Assembly: GCA_965222525.1 (NCBI GenBank)
Contig: OZ244955.1
Span: forward strand, 640,140 to 704,139
DNA from: Rickettsiales bacterium
Lineage (GTDB): Bacteria > Pseudomonadota > Alphaproteobacteria > Rickettsiales > UBA8987
Direction: 5' to 3'
Length of the DNA stretch: 64,000 nt
Shown here: one piece after another, positions 37,451 to 46,611 of the stretch
Position numbering within the stretch: position 1 is the first letter of the stretch
Layout: each line of letters starts with the position of its first letter
Translations under genes and position numbers: made by a program
The notes under the pieces: model-generated
Databases searched by the model: none
What the model saw: only the letters and a program-made list of their open reading frames with translations
What the model was told of the DNA's origin: nothing

Positions 37451-37870
37451 CTACTTATTATCCGCTTCGGCGATGAAGGCATCGATCACCGACTGGGCTA
37501 TGTCAACCTCGCCCTGGGCGGCTTCCTTTTCCTTCTCGGTTTTTGCCTGCTGATGGAGCTTCTTGGTGGCCTCCAGACGCTTTTCCATGGCCTCTCTGGT
37601 ATGATTGGCAAAATCATAGGCCTCGGTAGCCAGTACCGTGCAGCGTTCATTGGTTATCTCGGCCACACCGCCGGCCACCAGATAGCGTGCCACTATCTCA
37701 TTGCCCTGATATGAGCGTATCACCCCCGGACGCAGATTGGATATCACCGGCGCATGTCCGGCCAGAACACCCATATCTCCCTCAGCCCCCGGCACAACCA
37801 CCATCTCCACCTCATCGGAGGAGAGAAGCTTCTCGGGTGTAACCAGGTCGAATTTTAATGACTGCGTCAT
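37451..37870 (-). CDS. atpC: F1 ATP synthase epsilon subunit
   Basis: LVTPEKLLSSDEVEMVVVPGAEGDMGVLAGHAPVISNLRPGVI is the epsilon beta-sandwich pattern. It is the last gene of the atp F1 set. Confidence 0.9.
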   Translation of the reverse strand: MTQSLKFDLVTPEKLLSSDEVEMVVVPGAEGDMGVLAGHAPVISNLRPGVIRSYQGNEIVARYLVAGGVAEITNERCTVLATEAYDFANHTREAMEKRLEATKKLHQQAKTEKEKEAAQGEVDIAQSVIDAFIAEADNK

Positions 37871-38335
37871 GATAATAGATGATAGATTATGGATGATAGA
37901 ATTAAATCTTTATTTTGCTTCGTAAATTTTGCAACATCCTTATTATAATTTCGTATTCATTATTCCAGTTATTAAAGGTTTTGGTATCTATATACCCCAA
38001 GTCAACACAATAGCACAACCAGATTTGCATTTCACTTGCGGAACCTATTGCTATGGAAATAAACCGCTTGAATTCTGCCTTTGAATGAGATTGTTTTACG
38101 AACCCCTCGGCCAGATTTGCACAAACAGACTTACTCGCCCTGCGCACCTGCTTGGCAAGGTCATACTGCTCTATCTGCGGAAATTCAAGACTTGCCTTAT
38201 GAATTTCCAGGGAGACAGCATAGGCTTTTTTAAAAACATCAAGGTCTCTTGCACTTTTAACCAGTCTTGAAGTTATATCCGTAACGTCTGCCATATTTTC
38301 CCCTCCATCATCCATCATCTATAATCCATCATCTG
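37871..38335 (-). mobile_element. IVS-like cassette 1: four-helix-bundle ORF bracketed by inverted repeats
   Basis: Arms at 37878-37899 (gatgatagattatggatgatag) and 38312-38333 (reverse complement gatgatggattatagatgatgg) match at 19 of 22 positions. All three differences are A/G. The cassette abuts the atpC start codon. Confidence 0.45.
37902..38294 (-). CDS. four-helix-bundle protein (23S rRNA intervening-sequence protein / Avd-like family)
   Basis: ARDLDVFKKAYAVSLEIHKASLEFPQIEQYDLAKQVRRASKSVCANLAEGF...AIGSASEMQIWLCYCVDLGYI matches the family pattern (F.vw..A..l...iy..t..fP..E.y.L..Q.rRAa.Si..NIAEG). The start is taken at MADVTD. The upstream MMDDGGEN is encoded by the repeat arm. Confidence 0.75.
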   Translation of the reverse strand: MADVTDITSRLVKSARDLDVFKKAYAVSLEIHKASLEFPQIEQYDLAKQVRRASKSVCANLAEGFVKQSHSKAEFKRFISIAIGSASEMQIWLCYCVDLGYIDTKTFNNWNNEYEIIIRMLQNLRSKIKI

Positions 38336-38360
38336 TTTATAGAACATATAATCGCCAGAT

Positions 38361-38735
38361 TCAATATGGTAAATTATCGGGAGCGACTCCGATATAGTCA
38401 GGCTCGGGGTTGGTGGTAAACTGAACGGCTTTTATTTGCTCCTCTCCCTGCAGAAATGCCTTGCCAACCCGGTGCATGCCGTCCATTACACGGCCATCCG
38501 AGGCAAGAATTATAGGAAAACTCAAGTCAGCGTCCCGGATTAGACCTGCATGCTCAAATACGCTTCTGCATGTAGGTGTTTTGCCATCAAGGAACCAGAA
38601 TGGTTCGTCAATTTCCCTTATTTCAGAAAGAGGAACCATCTTTGGTACGAACCCGCCGGAAAGCTCTATCAGACGGTCGATATCCCACGCTTTCAACCCC
38701 GCCCCGGACGGCTGGAAGTGATATTGCTTTCTCAT
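38361..38735 (-). CDS. small ParB/sulfiredoxin-like (ParB N-terminal domain) protein
   Basis: PIILASDGRVMDGMHRVGKAFLQG resembles the DGxHR core of ParB-N/Srx-fold proteins. This assignment is from memory of the motif only. Confidence 0.45.
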   Translation of the reverse strand: MRKQYHFQPSGAGLKAWDIDRLIELSGGFVPKMVPLSEIREIDEPFWFLDGKTPTCRSVFEHAGLIRDADLSFPIILASDGRVMDGMHRVGKAFLQGEEQIKAVQFTTNPEPDYIGVAPDNLPY

Positions 38736-38769
38736 GATGGTTGGGTGTTACAACTGTTTTTGTATTCCC

Positions 38770-39414
38770 TTAAAATCCTAAAGCACGTTCAGCACTTTTT
38801 AGCTCCTTAAGCTGGTTCTTAACACCAAGAGCTTCTCCGATTTTATTAGTGATAATACCTTCAATGATTTCTCTGGTTGATCTATCAGAAACCTGTTCTG
38901 CTTTATCATATGCCTCACCTATTGTTTTGCTCGGCAGTAGAGCTCCTAAAATTGTCGCAATGTTTTTATTGGTTCTATGCTCATATGTAACTTTCGCCTT
39001 CATTTCATTGTTATCAATTTCTAATGAACGTAGATTATCTCTATTCTTGTTTATGAAGTTGAACTGGGTTTCATAAGCACGAGCTCCTTCACCATACTTG
39101 GCTATAAACTCATTAAGCTTACCTTGTGTATTAGTTATAACTGCGCCAGGGTCTACTCTTGAAGCGCCATCAAAGGTATGCAAAGCGTTGCTTTCTATAA
39201 TGTTATAGTTGCCTCTTTCTCCGTATTCTTCTTTTGCTTTCTTGATAATCTGGTTTCTTGTAAGACTTTTTTCATTTTCCAAAGCAGAAGCAATTGAATA
39301 AATCGCAGCATTAACACCGGGTTGGATTTCATCAAAAGATGGATCCCCTGTTGCTAAATCTTTAGTGGACTGCGCCCAAGCTTTCACCTGATTGTTTTCT
39401 AGTTTGTCTGACAT
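38770..39414 (-). CDS. orphan protein (214 aa), cysteine-free, no signal peptide
   Basis: The start is chosen at MSDKLENNQ, preceded by AAGGAG with a 7 nt spacer. I recognise no family motif. It has its own promoter-like motif at 39489-39521. Confidence 0.5.
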   Translation of the reverse strand: MSDKLENNQVKAWAQSTKDLATGDPSFDEIQPGVNAAIYSIASALENEKSLTRNQIIKKAKEEYGERGNYNIIESNALHTFDGASRVDPGAVITNTQGKLNEFIAKYGEGARAYETQFNFINKNRDNLRSLEIDNNEMKAKVTYEHRTNKNIATILGALLPSKTIGEAYDKAEQVSDRSTREIIEGIITNKIGEALGVKNQLKELKSAERALGF

Positions 39415-39488
39415 TTCTCTCTCCTTAAAGTTAAAACCTGCCACCAATCCCCCCATGGAAAAGGTAGGCTGTTTTGTTTATGGGAGGG

Positions 39489-39521
39489 AGTATAGCAGAG
39501 AAATGTTAAAGTTTTATGACA
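39489..39521 (-). promoter_or_regulatory. extended -10 promoter-like motif shared with 29761-29793
   Basis: The minus strand reads TGTCATAAAACTTTAACATTTCTCTGCTATACT (TGnTATACT), about 70 nt upstream of the 39414 start. Confidence 0.45.
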
Positions 39522-39653
39522 GGATTACATTTTTTTGAAAAAATTTTCAGGAGGAGCCTAACCAGTTGGAATATATAGTTTTATTTTTGCAAAAATAATT
39601 TTGACAATCTGTCACTAGCAGTAAATATACCTGTATTTCCTTAAATAGTGTCG

Positions 39654-39872
39654 TCAAATTCTACCATTATGCGCTTCCACATAAGAGCGCAGAACGGCAT
39701 TCATATAGGACTGATAACCTTTTCCCTGTGATTTAAACCAGTCAACAACCTCTTTATCTGCACGGAAGGATATCATCTGCTTGGGAGAAGTATTGTGTAA
39801 TATCTTCAAATATTTCCAGAAATCACCGGTCAGGTCAGGAATATCGGAATAATCAATTTCGGAATCAGGCAT
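39654..39872 (-). CDS. BrnA-family antitoxin-like protein (no BrnT partner adjacent)
   Basis: MPDSEIDYSDIPDLTGDFWK...ISFRADKEVVDWFKSQGKGYQSYMNAVLRSYVEAH matches the BrnA pattern (DSEIDYSDIPE...ISIRLD.DVL.WFK..G.GYQT.IN..LR). The longer ORF start (39917, MMDDRGE) lies inside the repeat. Confidence 0.65.
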   Translation of the reverse strand: MPDSEIDYSDIPDLTGDFWKYLKILHNTSPKQMISFRADKEVVDWFKSQGKGYQSYMNAVLRSYVEAHNGRI

Positions 39873-39901
39873 CTCAGCCAATTCCCTAGCTGTTTTTTCT
39901 C

Positions 39902-39932
39902 CTCTATCATCCATCATCTATAATCCATCATC
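39902..39932. repeat. third copy of the GATGATGGATTATAGATGATGG word, abutting the atpD stop
   Basis: ctctatcatccatcatctataatccatcatc is identical to 38303-38333 except at one base. It is inverted relative to 37878-37899. Confidence 0.8.
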
Positions 39933-39938
39933 CAGCAG

Positions 39939-41372
<1,434 letters not shown>

Positions 41373-41386
41373 TTACTCCTTGAAAA

Positions 41387-41857
41387 GAAACTGGAAACTG
41401 GAAATTAGAAACTGGAATTTAATTACTTTCTGTCTTTAATCTTACTTCTGAGATTTTGCAGCATCCTGGATACGATATTATATTCCTCAACCCACTTGTT
41501 ATGCTTGTTTTTATCGATATAACCGAGATCAAGGCAATATTTTATCCATATTTTCATCTCTCCGCATGAACCTATCGACATAGAAACGAATCGCCGAAAT
41601 TCCGGAGTAGAATGCACTTGCTTATAAAAACCTTCTGCTAAATTTGCGCATACAGACTTGCTAGCCCTGCGCATCTGTTTAGCAAGGTCATATTGTTCTA
41701 CCTGTGGAAATTTAAGGCTAGTTCTGTGAATGTCCAGAGAAACAGCGTATGCTCTTTTGAAAACTTCCAAATCCTGAGGCTCTCTGACGTAACTGGAGAT
41801 GCTCTCAACATTACCCTCTTCCATACTTCCGGCTTCTAGTTTCCAGTTTCCAGTTTC
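41387..41857 (-). mobile_element. IVS-like cassette 2: four-helix-bundle ORF bracketed by a 24 nt inverted repeat
   Basis: 41387-41410 is gaaactggaaactggaaattagaa. The reverse complement of 41834-41857 is gaaactggaaactggaaactagaa. They match at 23 of 24 positions. The unit is 471 bp. Confidence 0.55.
41423..41824 (-). CDS. four-helix-bundle protein (23S rRNA intervening-sequence protein / Avd-like family), paralog of 37902..38294
   Basis: PQDLEVFKRAYAVSLDIHRTSLKFPQVEQYDLAKQMRRASKSVCANLAEGF...SIGSCGEMKIWIKYCLDLGYI is roughly two-thirds identical by eye to the other copy. The start is taken at MEEGNV. The upstream METGNWKLEAGS is encoded by the repeat arm. Confidence 0.75.
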   Translation of the reverse strand: MEEGNVESISSYVREPQDLEVFKRAYAVSLDIHRTSLKFPQVEQYDLAKQMRRASKSVCANLAEGFYKQVHSTPEFRRFVSMSIGSCGEMKIWIKYCLDLGYIDKNKHNKWVEEYNIVSRMLQNLRSKIKDRK

Positions 41858-41865
41858 CATATTTA

Positions 41866-42600
41866 TTATCCTTTCTCCGCAACCACCATCAATGACACCC
41901 CGAATGGAAATCTTATCTTTCCTATAAAAAACCTCTCGCTGCCAAAAATTTTTATCAGCAGGCTGTTAACGAAATTTCCCGGCAGGGTCAGGTTCGATAC
42001 CTTGCTTTTTTTATTTCTGAATTTCTCCACCATCCTCACCAGTGCTATCGGTGGAAACAGCCAGAAATTAAAATAGCTGGCATATTTTATATTAAAGCCC
42101 TCCGCTTTTAGCAATCCGGTCAGTCCCGCCCTGTTGTAGCGACGGAAATGATGATGGTCCGTATCATGTGCCGACCATAAAAACTGAAATGCCGGAACGG
42201 TCAGGAAAATCATACCATTATCTTTTAGCTGCCCTTTCAGTACCTCCAGTGTTTTCTGGTCATGTTCTATATGCTCAAGCACATCAAATGCAACAATTAA
42301 ATCGAACTTTTTATCCGCAAATGCAGTATTATCAGGCAATTCGATAGATTCGACATTTTCAGCAACTCCTTTTTCCCTTGCCACCTGTCTTGCGGTTGCA
42401 TCATATTCCGCTGCATAAACCCTGCCATATTGCGACAGCATCTCCAGATTGCCGCCACTACCGCAGCCTACTTCCAGAATTTCCGCATCCTGCGGAAGCT
42501 GCAACCTGTCAAGCATACGCCTGATTATCTTCCTGCGGGCAACAAACCACCAGTGCCTGCCCTCCAGCTCCGCCATCTTTATGTAGGCCTCGCGCTCCAT
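41866..42600 (-). CDS. class I SAM-dependent methyltransferase
   Basis: HWWFVARRKII plus SAM motif I ILEVGCGSGGNLEML and a post-I acidic residue. A GGGGAG Shine-Dalgarno sequence lies 5 nt upstream. It sits between atpG and atpD on the same strand. Confidence 0.8.
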   Translation of the reverse strand: MEREAYIKMAELEGRHWWFVARRKIIRRMLDRLQLPQDAEILEVGCGSGGNLEMLSQYGRVYAAEYDATARQVAREKGVAENVESIELPDNTAFADKKFDLIVAFDVLEHIEHDQKTLEVLKGQLKDNGMIFLTVPAFQFLWSAHDTDHHHFRRYNRAGLTGLLKAEGFNIKYASYFNFWLFPPIALVRMVEKFRNKKSKVSNLTLPGNFVNSLLIKIFGSERFFIGKIRFPFGVSLMVVAEKG

Positions 42601-42622
42601 TACGCTCCCCTATTATAAAAGT

Positions 42623-43525
42623 CTACAATGCCTCTGCGCCCGAGATGATCTCGGTCAGTTCGGTTGTAATAGCAGCCTGGCGGGTACGGTTATATTGCAG
42701 GGTTAAATCCTTTATCATCTCACCCGCATTGCGAGTGGCGTTATCCATCGCAGTCATCCGTGCCCCCTGCTCGCTTGCCGCATTCTCCAGCTGGGCGTGG
42801 AAAATCTGCACCGCAATATTTCTGGGCAGAAGCGCAGATAAAATCTCCTCCTCGCCAGGTTCATATTCATATACGGCGGCTACACCATCCTCGGCCTCTT
42901 CCGCAAGAACCCCATCCATCTCCAATGGAATCAATTGCTGGAAGGTTACTTTCTGGGTAAGTGCCGATTCAAACTTGTTATACACAACCGAGCAGGAATC
43001 AATATCACCAGCCTCAAACATGGTAATAACCTGATTCGCAACCGCTTCCGACTGCACATATTCCGGCTTTGCCTGACTGGAAGTATCTATACGTTCCGAC
43101 ACATTATTCTCATAACCATGTTTTAGCTGTTCCCAGCCTTTCTTACCGACTATCATCAGTCTGGCCAGCTTGCCCTTGCCTTCCATTTCGGTGATTTTCT
43201 GCTTTATCGCCCGCACCAGAGAACTGTTCAGCCCGCCGCAAAGCCCGCGGTCAGAAGTAACCGCTATAATCAGATGATTTTTATCGGCAATATCTCCCGC
43301 CGCATCACGCCTGCCCGAAAGAAGCGCAGGGGAATTTTCCGGATCAGCCTTGGTCGCCAGAGCCGCAAGCATACGCTCCATCTTTTCGGTATATGGCCGT
43401 GCCGCCTCCGCACGCTCCTGCGCACGCTTGAGCTTGCTCGCAGCCACCATCTTCATCGCCTTGGTGATTTTCTGCGTAGACTTAACACTACTTATACGGT
43501 TTTTCAGGTCCTTGAGATTTGCCAT
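42623..43525 (-). CDS. atpG: F1 ATP synthase gamma subunit
   Basis: MANLKDLKNRISSVKSTQKITKAMKMVAASKLKRAQ and the C-terminal QAAITTELTEIISGAEAL are gamma signatures. Confidence 0.93.
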   Translation of the reverse strand: MANLKDLKNRISSVKSTQKITKAMKMVAASKLKRAQERAEAARPYTEKMERMLAALATKADPENSPALLSGRRDAAGDIADKNHLIIAVTSDRGLCGGLNSSLVRAIKQKITEMEGKGKLARLMIVGKKGWEQLKHGYENNVSERIDTSSQAKPEYVQSEAVANQVITMFEAGDIDSCSVVYNKFESALTQKVTFQQLIPLEMDGVLAEEAEDGVAAVYEYEPGEEEILSALLPRNIAVQIFHAQLENAASEQGARMTAMDNATRNAGEMIKDLTLQYNRTRQAAITTELTEIISGAEAL

Positions 43526-43758
43526 CAGATATGTAGTTCCGTAGTCTGGTTGCTTTCCTCGTTAACTACCAAAAGGCTGGGTTCATCCTTACCTTTCAGT
43601 TGTTCATTAGCATTAAGCAACTCAATTCCATATATTTTCCCATCAGGAGACAGGTCAATATTCAACTCGCTACTGACCGATATGGTATCTACCATCCCGT
43701 CTTTCTCACGTAGTTTCATATACGCAATATTATGTTTTGGGTCGTATGTCAGTTTCAT
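43525..43758 (-). CDS. DUF2283-family protein (putative antitoxin partner)
   Basis: MKLTYDPKHNIAYMKLRE...DLSPDGKIYGIELLNANE fits the DUF2283 pattern (YD.E.D.LYI.L...D....G...GIEIL.AS). Its TGA overlaps the atpG ATG (TGATG). Confidence 0.65.
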   Translation of the reverse strand: MKLTYDPKHNIAYMKLREKDGMVDTISVSSELNIDLSPDGKIYGIELLNANEQLKGKDEPSLLVVNEESNQTTELHI

Positions 43759-43765
43759 CTTATCC

Positions 43766-44029
43766 TCAGAAGTATTTTACTATAACAGTGATAACCAGCC
43801 AATTTTCTTCCTCCTCTACTGCAAAAACCTCAAGCTGCTTATTATCATAAAACTTCCTGTTCCAGTGAGAGGAAAAATTAAAAGTTCTGCGGAAACCTAT
43901 TCTACCATACTTTGCAGAAAATTGCTCTCCATTTTCAACTGTAGATATAACCTCTTCTCTGGTTGCACCCCTTTCAACCATTCTTGCTTCAGCATGGGGA
44001 TGAAATTTCACATCCATGATTCTTTCCAT
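43766..44029 (-). CDS. DUF4258-family protein (putative toxin partner)
   Basis: FHPHAEARMVERGATREEVISTVENGE fits the DUF4258 N-terminal pattern (H...RM..R.I....V). Its ATG at 44029-44027 overlaps the atpA TGA (TGATG). Confidence 0.6.
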   Translation of the reverse strand: MERIMDVKFHPHAEARMVERGATREEVISTVENGEQFSAKYGRIGFRRTFNFSSHWNRKFYDNKQLEVFAVEEEENWLVITVIVKYF

Positions 44030-45564
44030 CAACTTTTCGCAAACACCTTAACAAATTTATCCAACGCGCTGCGGAGTTCCTTTTCGCTGTCTTCGGATAA
44101 TTTGCCTTCATTGCGGATTACATCCAGCAACCCCTGGTGTTTGCCATGCATTTCGCTCAGGAATTCCTTTTCAAAACGGGTTACATCCTTTGCATCTATA
44201 TCATCGAGATAACCATTTACACCGGCAAAGATGGAAACCACCTGCTCCTCCACCAGCAGCGGTGAATACTGGTCCTGCTTGAGCAGTTCCACCAGACGTG
44301 AACCGCGTGCCAGAAGTTTTTGCGTAGCCGCATCAAGGTCGGAGCCGAATTGTGCAAATGCCTCCATTTCACGGAACTGCGCCAGTTCCAGCTTAATCTT
44401 GCCTGCCACCTGTTTCATACCCTTGATTTGCGCTGCCGAACCTACCCTCGATACCGACAGTCCAACATTTACCGCCGGACGTACACCCTTATAAAACAGC
44501 TCGGTTTCAAGGAATATCTGGCCGTCGGTAATTGAAATCACATTAGTCGGGATATAGGCGGATACGTCACCGGCCTGGGTTTCGATAACCGGCAGGGCGG
44601 TAAGTGAACCGGCACCTTCTTCATCCGACATTTTAGCAGCCCGCTCAAGCAGCCGCGAGTGCACATAGAATACATCGCCCGGATAAGCCTCACGCCCCGG
44701 CGGACGGCGCAGCAATAGCGACATCTGACGATAGGCCACCGCATGTTTGGACAAATCATCATATGCAATCAGCGCATGCTTGCCGTTATCACGGAAATAC
44801 TCACCCATTGCACAGCCGGTATATGGTGCGAGGAACTGCAGCGGCGCCGATTCGGATGCGGTTGCGGCAACTATAATTGAATATTCAAGCGCACCTTCCT
44901 CCTCCAGCTTTTTGGCTATCTGCGCTACAGTCGAGCGCTTTTGCCCGATACACACATAGATACAGTAAAGTTTTTTACTTTCATCATCGCCTGCATTGAT
45001 GGATTTCTGGTTGAGGAATGTATCAAGAATCACGGCGGTCTTGCCGGTCTGACGGTCGCCGATAATCAACTCACGCTGGCCGCGCCCTACCGGAATCAGC
45101 CCGTCAATCGCCTTGATACCGGTCTGCACCGGCTCATGCACCGATTTACGTGCGATAATACCGGGAGCCTTTACCTCGATACGGGAACGGTTTTCGGTTA
45201 TCACCGGCCCCTTACCGTCGATAGGATTACCCAGCGCATCCACTACGCGGCCAAGCAGTTCGGGTCCTACCGGTACATCAACAATCCGGCCGGTACGCTT
45301 GACCGTATCGCCCTCCTTGATTTCCTTCTCGCCACCGAACAGCACTACCCCGACATTGTCCTCCTCGAGATTCAGCACCATCCCCACATTACCGCCGGGA
45401 AACTCCACCATCTCACCGGCCTGCACCTGGTCCAGCCCATATACGGTTGCAATACCGTCACCGACCGACACCACCTGCCCGATTTCTGCCAGTTCCGCCT
45501 CGGTTGAGAAATTGGCAATCTGCTTCTGCAAAATGCTTGATATTTCCGCTGCCTGAATTTGCAT
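44029..45564 (-). CDS. atpA: F1 ATP synthase alpha subunit
   Basis: [19 protein letters not shown] (P-loop) and [23 protein letters not shown]. Confidence 0.96.
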   Translation of the reverse strand: MQIQAAEISSILQKQIANFSTEAELAEIGQVVSVGDGIATVYGLDQVQAGEMVEFPGGNVGMVLNLEEDNVGVVLFGGEKEIKEGDTVKRTGRIVDVPVGPELLGRVVDALGNPIDGKGPVITENRSRIEVKAPGIIARKSVHEPVQTGIKAIDGLIPVGRGQRELIIGDRQTGKTAVILDTFLNQKSINAGDDESKKLYCIYVCIGQKRSTVAQIAKKLEEEGALEYSIIVAATASESAPLQFLAPYTGCAMGEYFRDNGKHALIAYDDLSKHAVAYRQMSLLLRRPPGREAYPGDVFYVHSRLLERAAKMSDEEGAGSLTALPVIETQAGDVSAYIPTNVISITDGQIFLETELFYKGVRPAVNVGLSVSRVGSAAQIKGMKQVAGKIKLELAQFREMEAFAQFGSDLDAATQKLLARGSRLVELLKQDQYSPLLVEEQVVSIFAGVNGYLDDIDAKDVTRFEKEFLSEMHGKHQGLLDVIRNEGKLSEDSEKELRSALDKFVKVFAKS

Positions 45565-45617
45565 ATTATTCTCCTTTTATTACGTGTTTCTACCCGTTTT
45601 TCTTCGACTGTCGAGCG

Positions 45618-45842
45618 CCTCCCCCGCTTGCGGGGGAGGTAAGAAATTCTAGAAATCCATGTCCTCCGTAGCTTTAGCGCAGGAGGATTGATTTCAGAAT
45701 TTCTGGTGGGGGAATGTGTAAGTGTAAAGTGTTGAGTGCTAAGTCTCCTGCTGCAAACTCTCAGCACTTTAACCATTCCCTCCCCGAAAATCTGGCAATC
45801 AAAGATTGCTCAGATTTTCTCCCCTCCCGCAAGCGGGAGGGG
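45618..45842 (+). repeat. hairpin-terminated structured repeat family B, copy 1 (225 bp)
   Basis: Left terminus CCTCCCCCGC-TT-GCGGGGGAGG and right terminus CCCCTCCCGC-AA-GCGGGAGGGG are each perfect 10 bp hairpins. Internal hairpins include AGAAATTCT..GAATTTCT and GAAAATCTG..CAGATTTTC. It is collinear with 51643-51858. Confidence 0.85.
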
Positions 45843-45854
45843 TAGCTCCAGCTA

Positions 45855-46412
45855 TTACCCGGCTTTCTTCAAATAAACCTTTACCCTGTCCAGTTTTCCG
45901 CTCAGCGAGTCATCCAGCATTTGTGAGCCGATTTTTACAATCATCCCGCCGAGTATATCTTCGTCAAGCTTTTCCTCAACAGCCACTTCCTTGCCGGTCA
46001 TTTCTTTAAGTTCATTACCTATGCGGGTTATATCTGCCTTATCAAGCTTGTTTGCAACCGTAATTTCCGCCTGAACCTCCCCGCGCGCATTTGCAGCAAG
46101 CTCGGAGAAAGACGCACATATATCCGGCAAAAGCGATAACCTGCGGTTTTCCCCCAGTAATGCACAAAACTGGCCAATCAGTTTATCCGCCTTGATTTTC
46201 TTTACAATATCACCAATAGCAGCAGAAAGCTCTGACCTGGAAGTAGTCGGATTGCTCAAGGTTTTCTGTAATTCCTGCGATGACGCAATCACCGAATCAA
46301 GTTCATTTAATCCGGCTTCGATTTCTTCCAGCTTTCCCCCGGCCTTGCCAATCTCGAACAGCGCCTTTGCATAACGCCTGCCCAATACCAATTTCCCGAC
46401 TTTCCTTGCCAT
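45855..46412 (-). CDS. atpH: F1 ATP synthase delta subunit (OSCP)
   Basis: GRRYAKALFEIGKAGGKLEEIEAGLNEL... and the C-terminal GGMIVKIGSQMLDDSLSGKL fit the delta/OSCP pattern. It is the first gene of the F1 operon. Confidence 0.85.
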   Translation of the reverse strand: MARKVGKLVLGRRYAKALFEIGKAGGKLEEIEAGLNELDSVIASSQELQKTLSNPTTSRSELSAAIGDIVKKIKADKLIGQFCALLGENRRLSLLPDICASFSELAANARGEVQAEITVANKLDKADITRIGNELKEMTGKEVAVEEKLDEDILGGMIVKIGSQMLDDSLSGKLDRVKVYLKKAG

Positions 46413-46523
46413 AAACCCAGCCCGTATAACCAGTTGCGAGCGTCACTTAGCATATGAATCCCCGCTTTGCAACTCATAAAGTTGGTAAATTATCTGGGCA
46501 ACGGTTATCTATTTACATATTTT

Positions 46524-46553
46524 ATTATAACACCTATTTTGCTTGCTATACAA
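46524..46553 (-). promoter_or_regulatory. candidate sigma-70 promoter for the atpH operon
   Basis: The minus strand reads TTGTAT-18 nt-TATAAT with a TGt extended -10 (ggtgttataat), about 110 nt upstream of the atpH ATG. Confidence 0.35.
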
Positions 46554-46611
46554 ATCTGGCGTGACACGACAATAACTCACCAGACTCCAGACTCTAATCA
46601 CCAGCCACTAA

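Noticed and set aside
38295-38318. The N-terminal extensions MMDDGGEN (38318) and MMDDRGE (39917), and likewise METGNWKLEAGS (41860).
   Set aside because: These codons are the inverted-repeat arms themselves. The same 31 nt gives the same peptide on unrelated ORFs. Family alignments begin further downstream, where internal Met codons exist.
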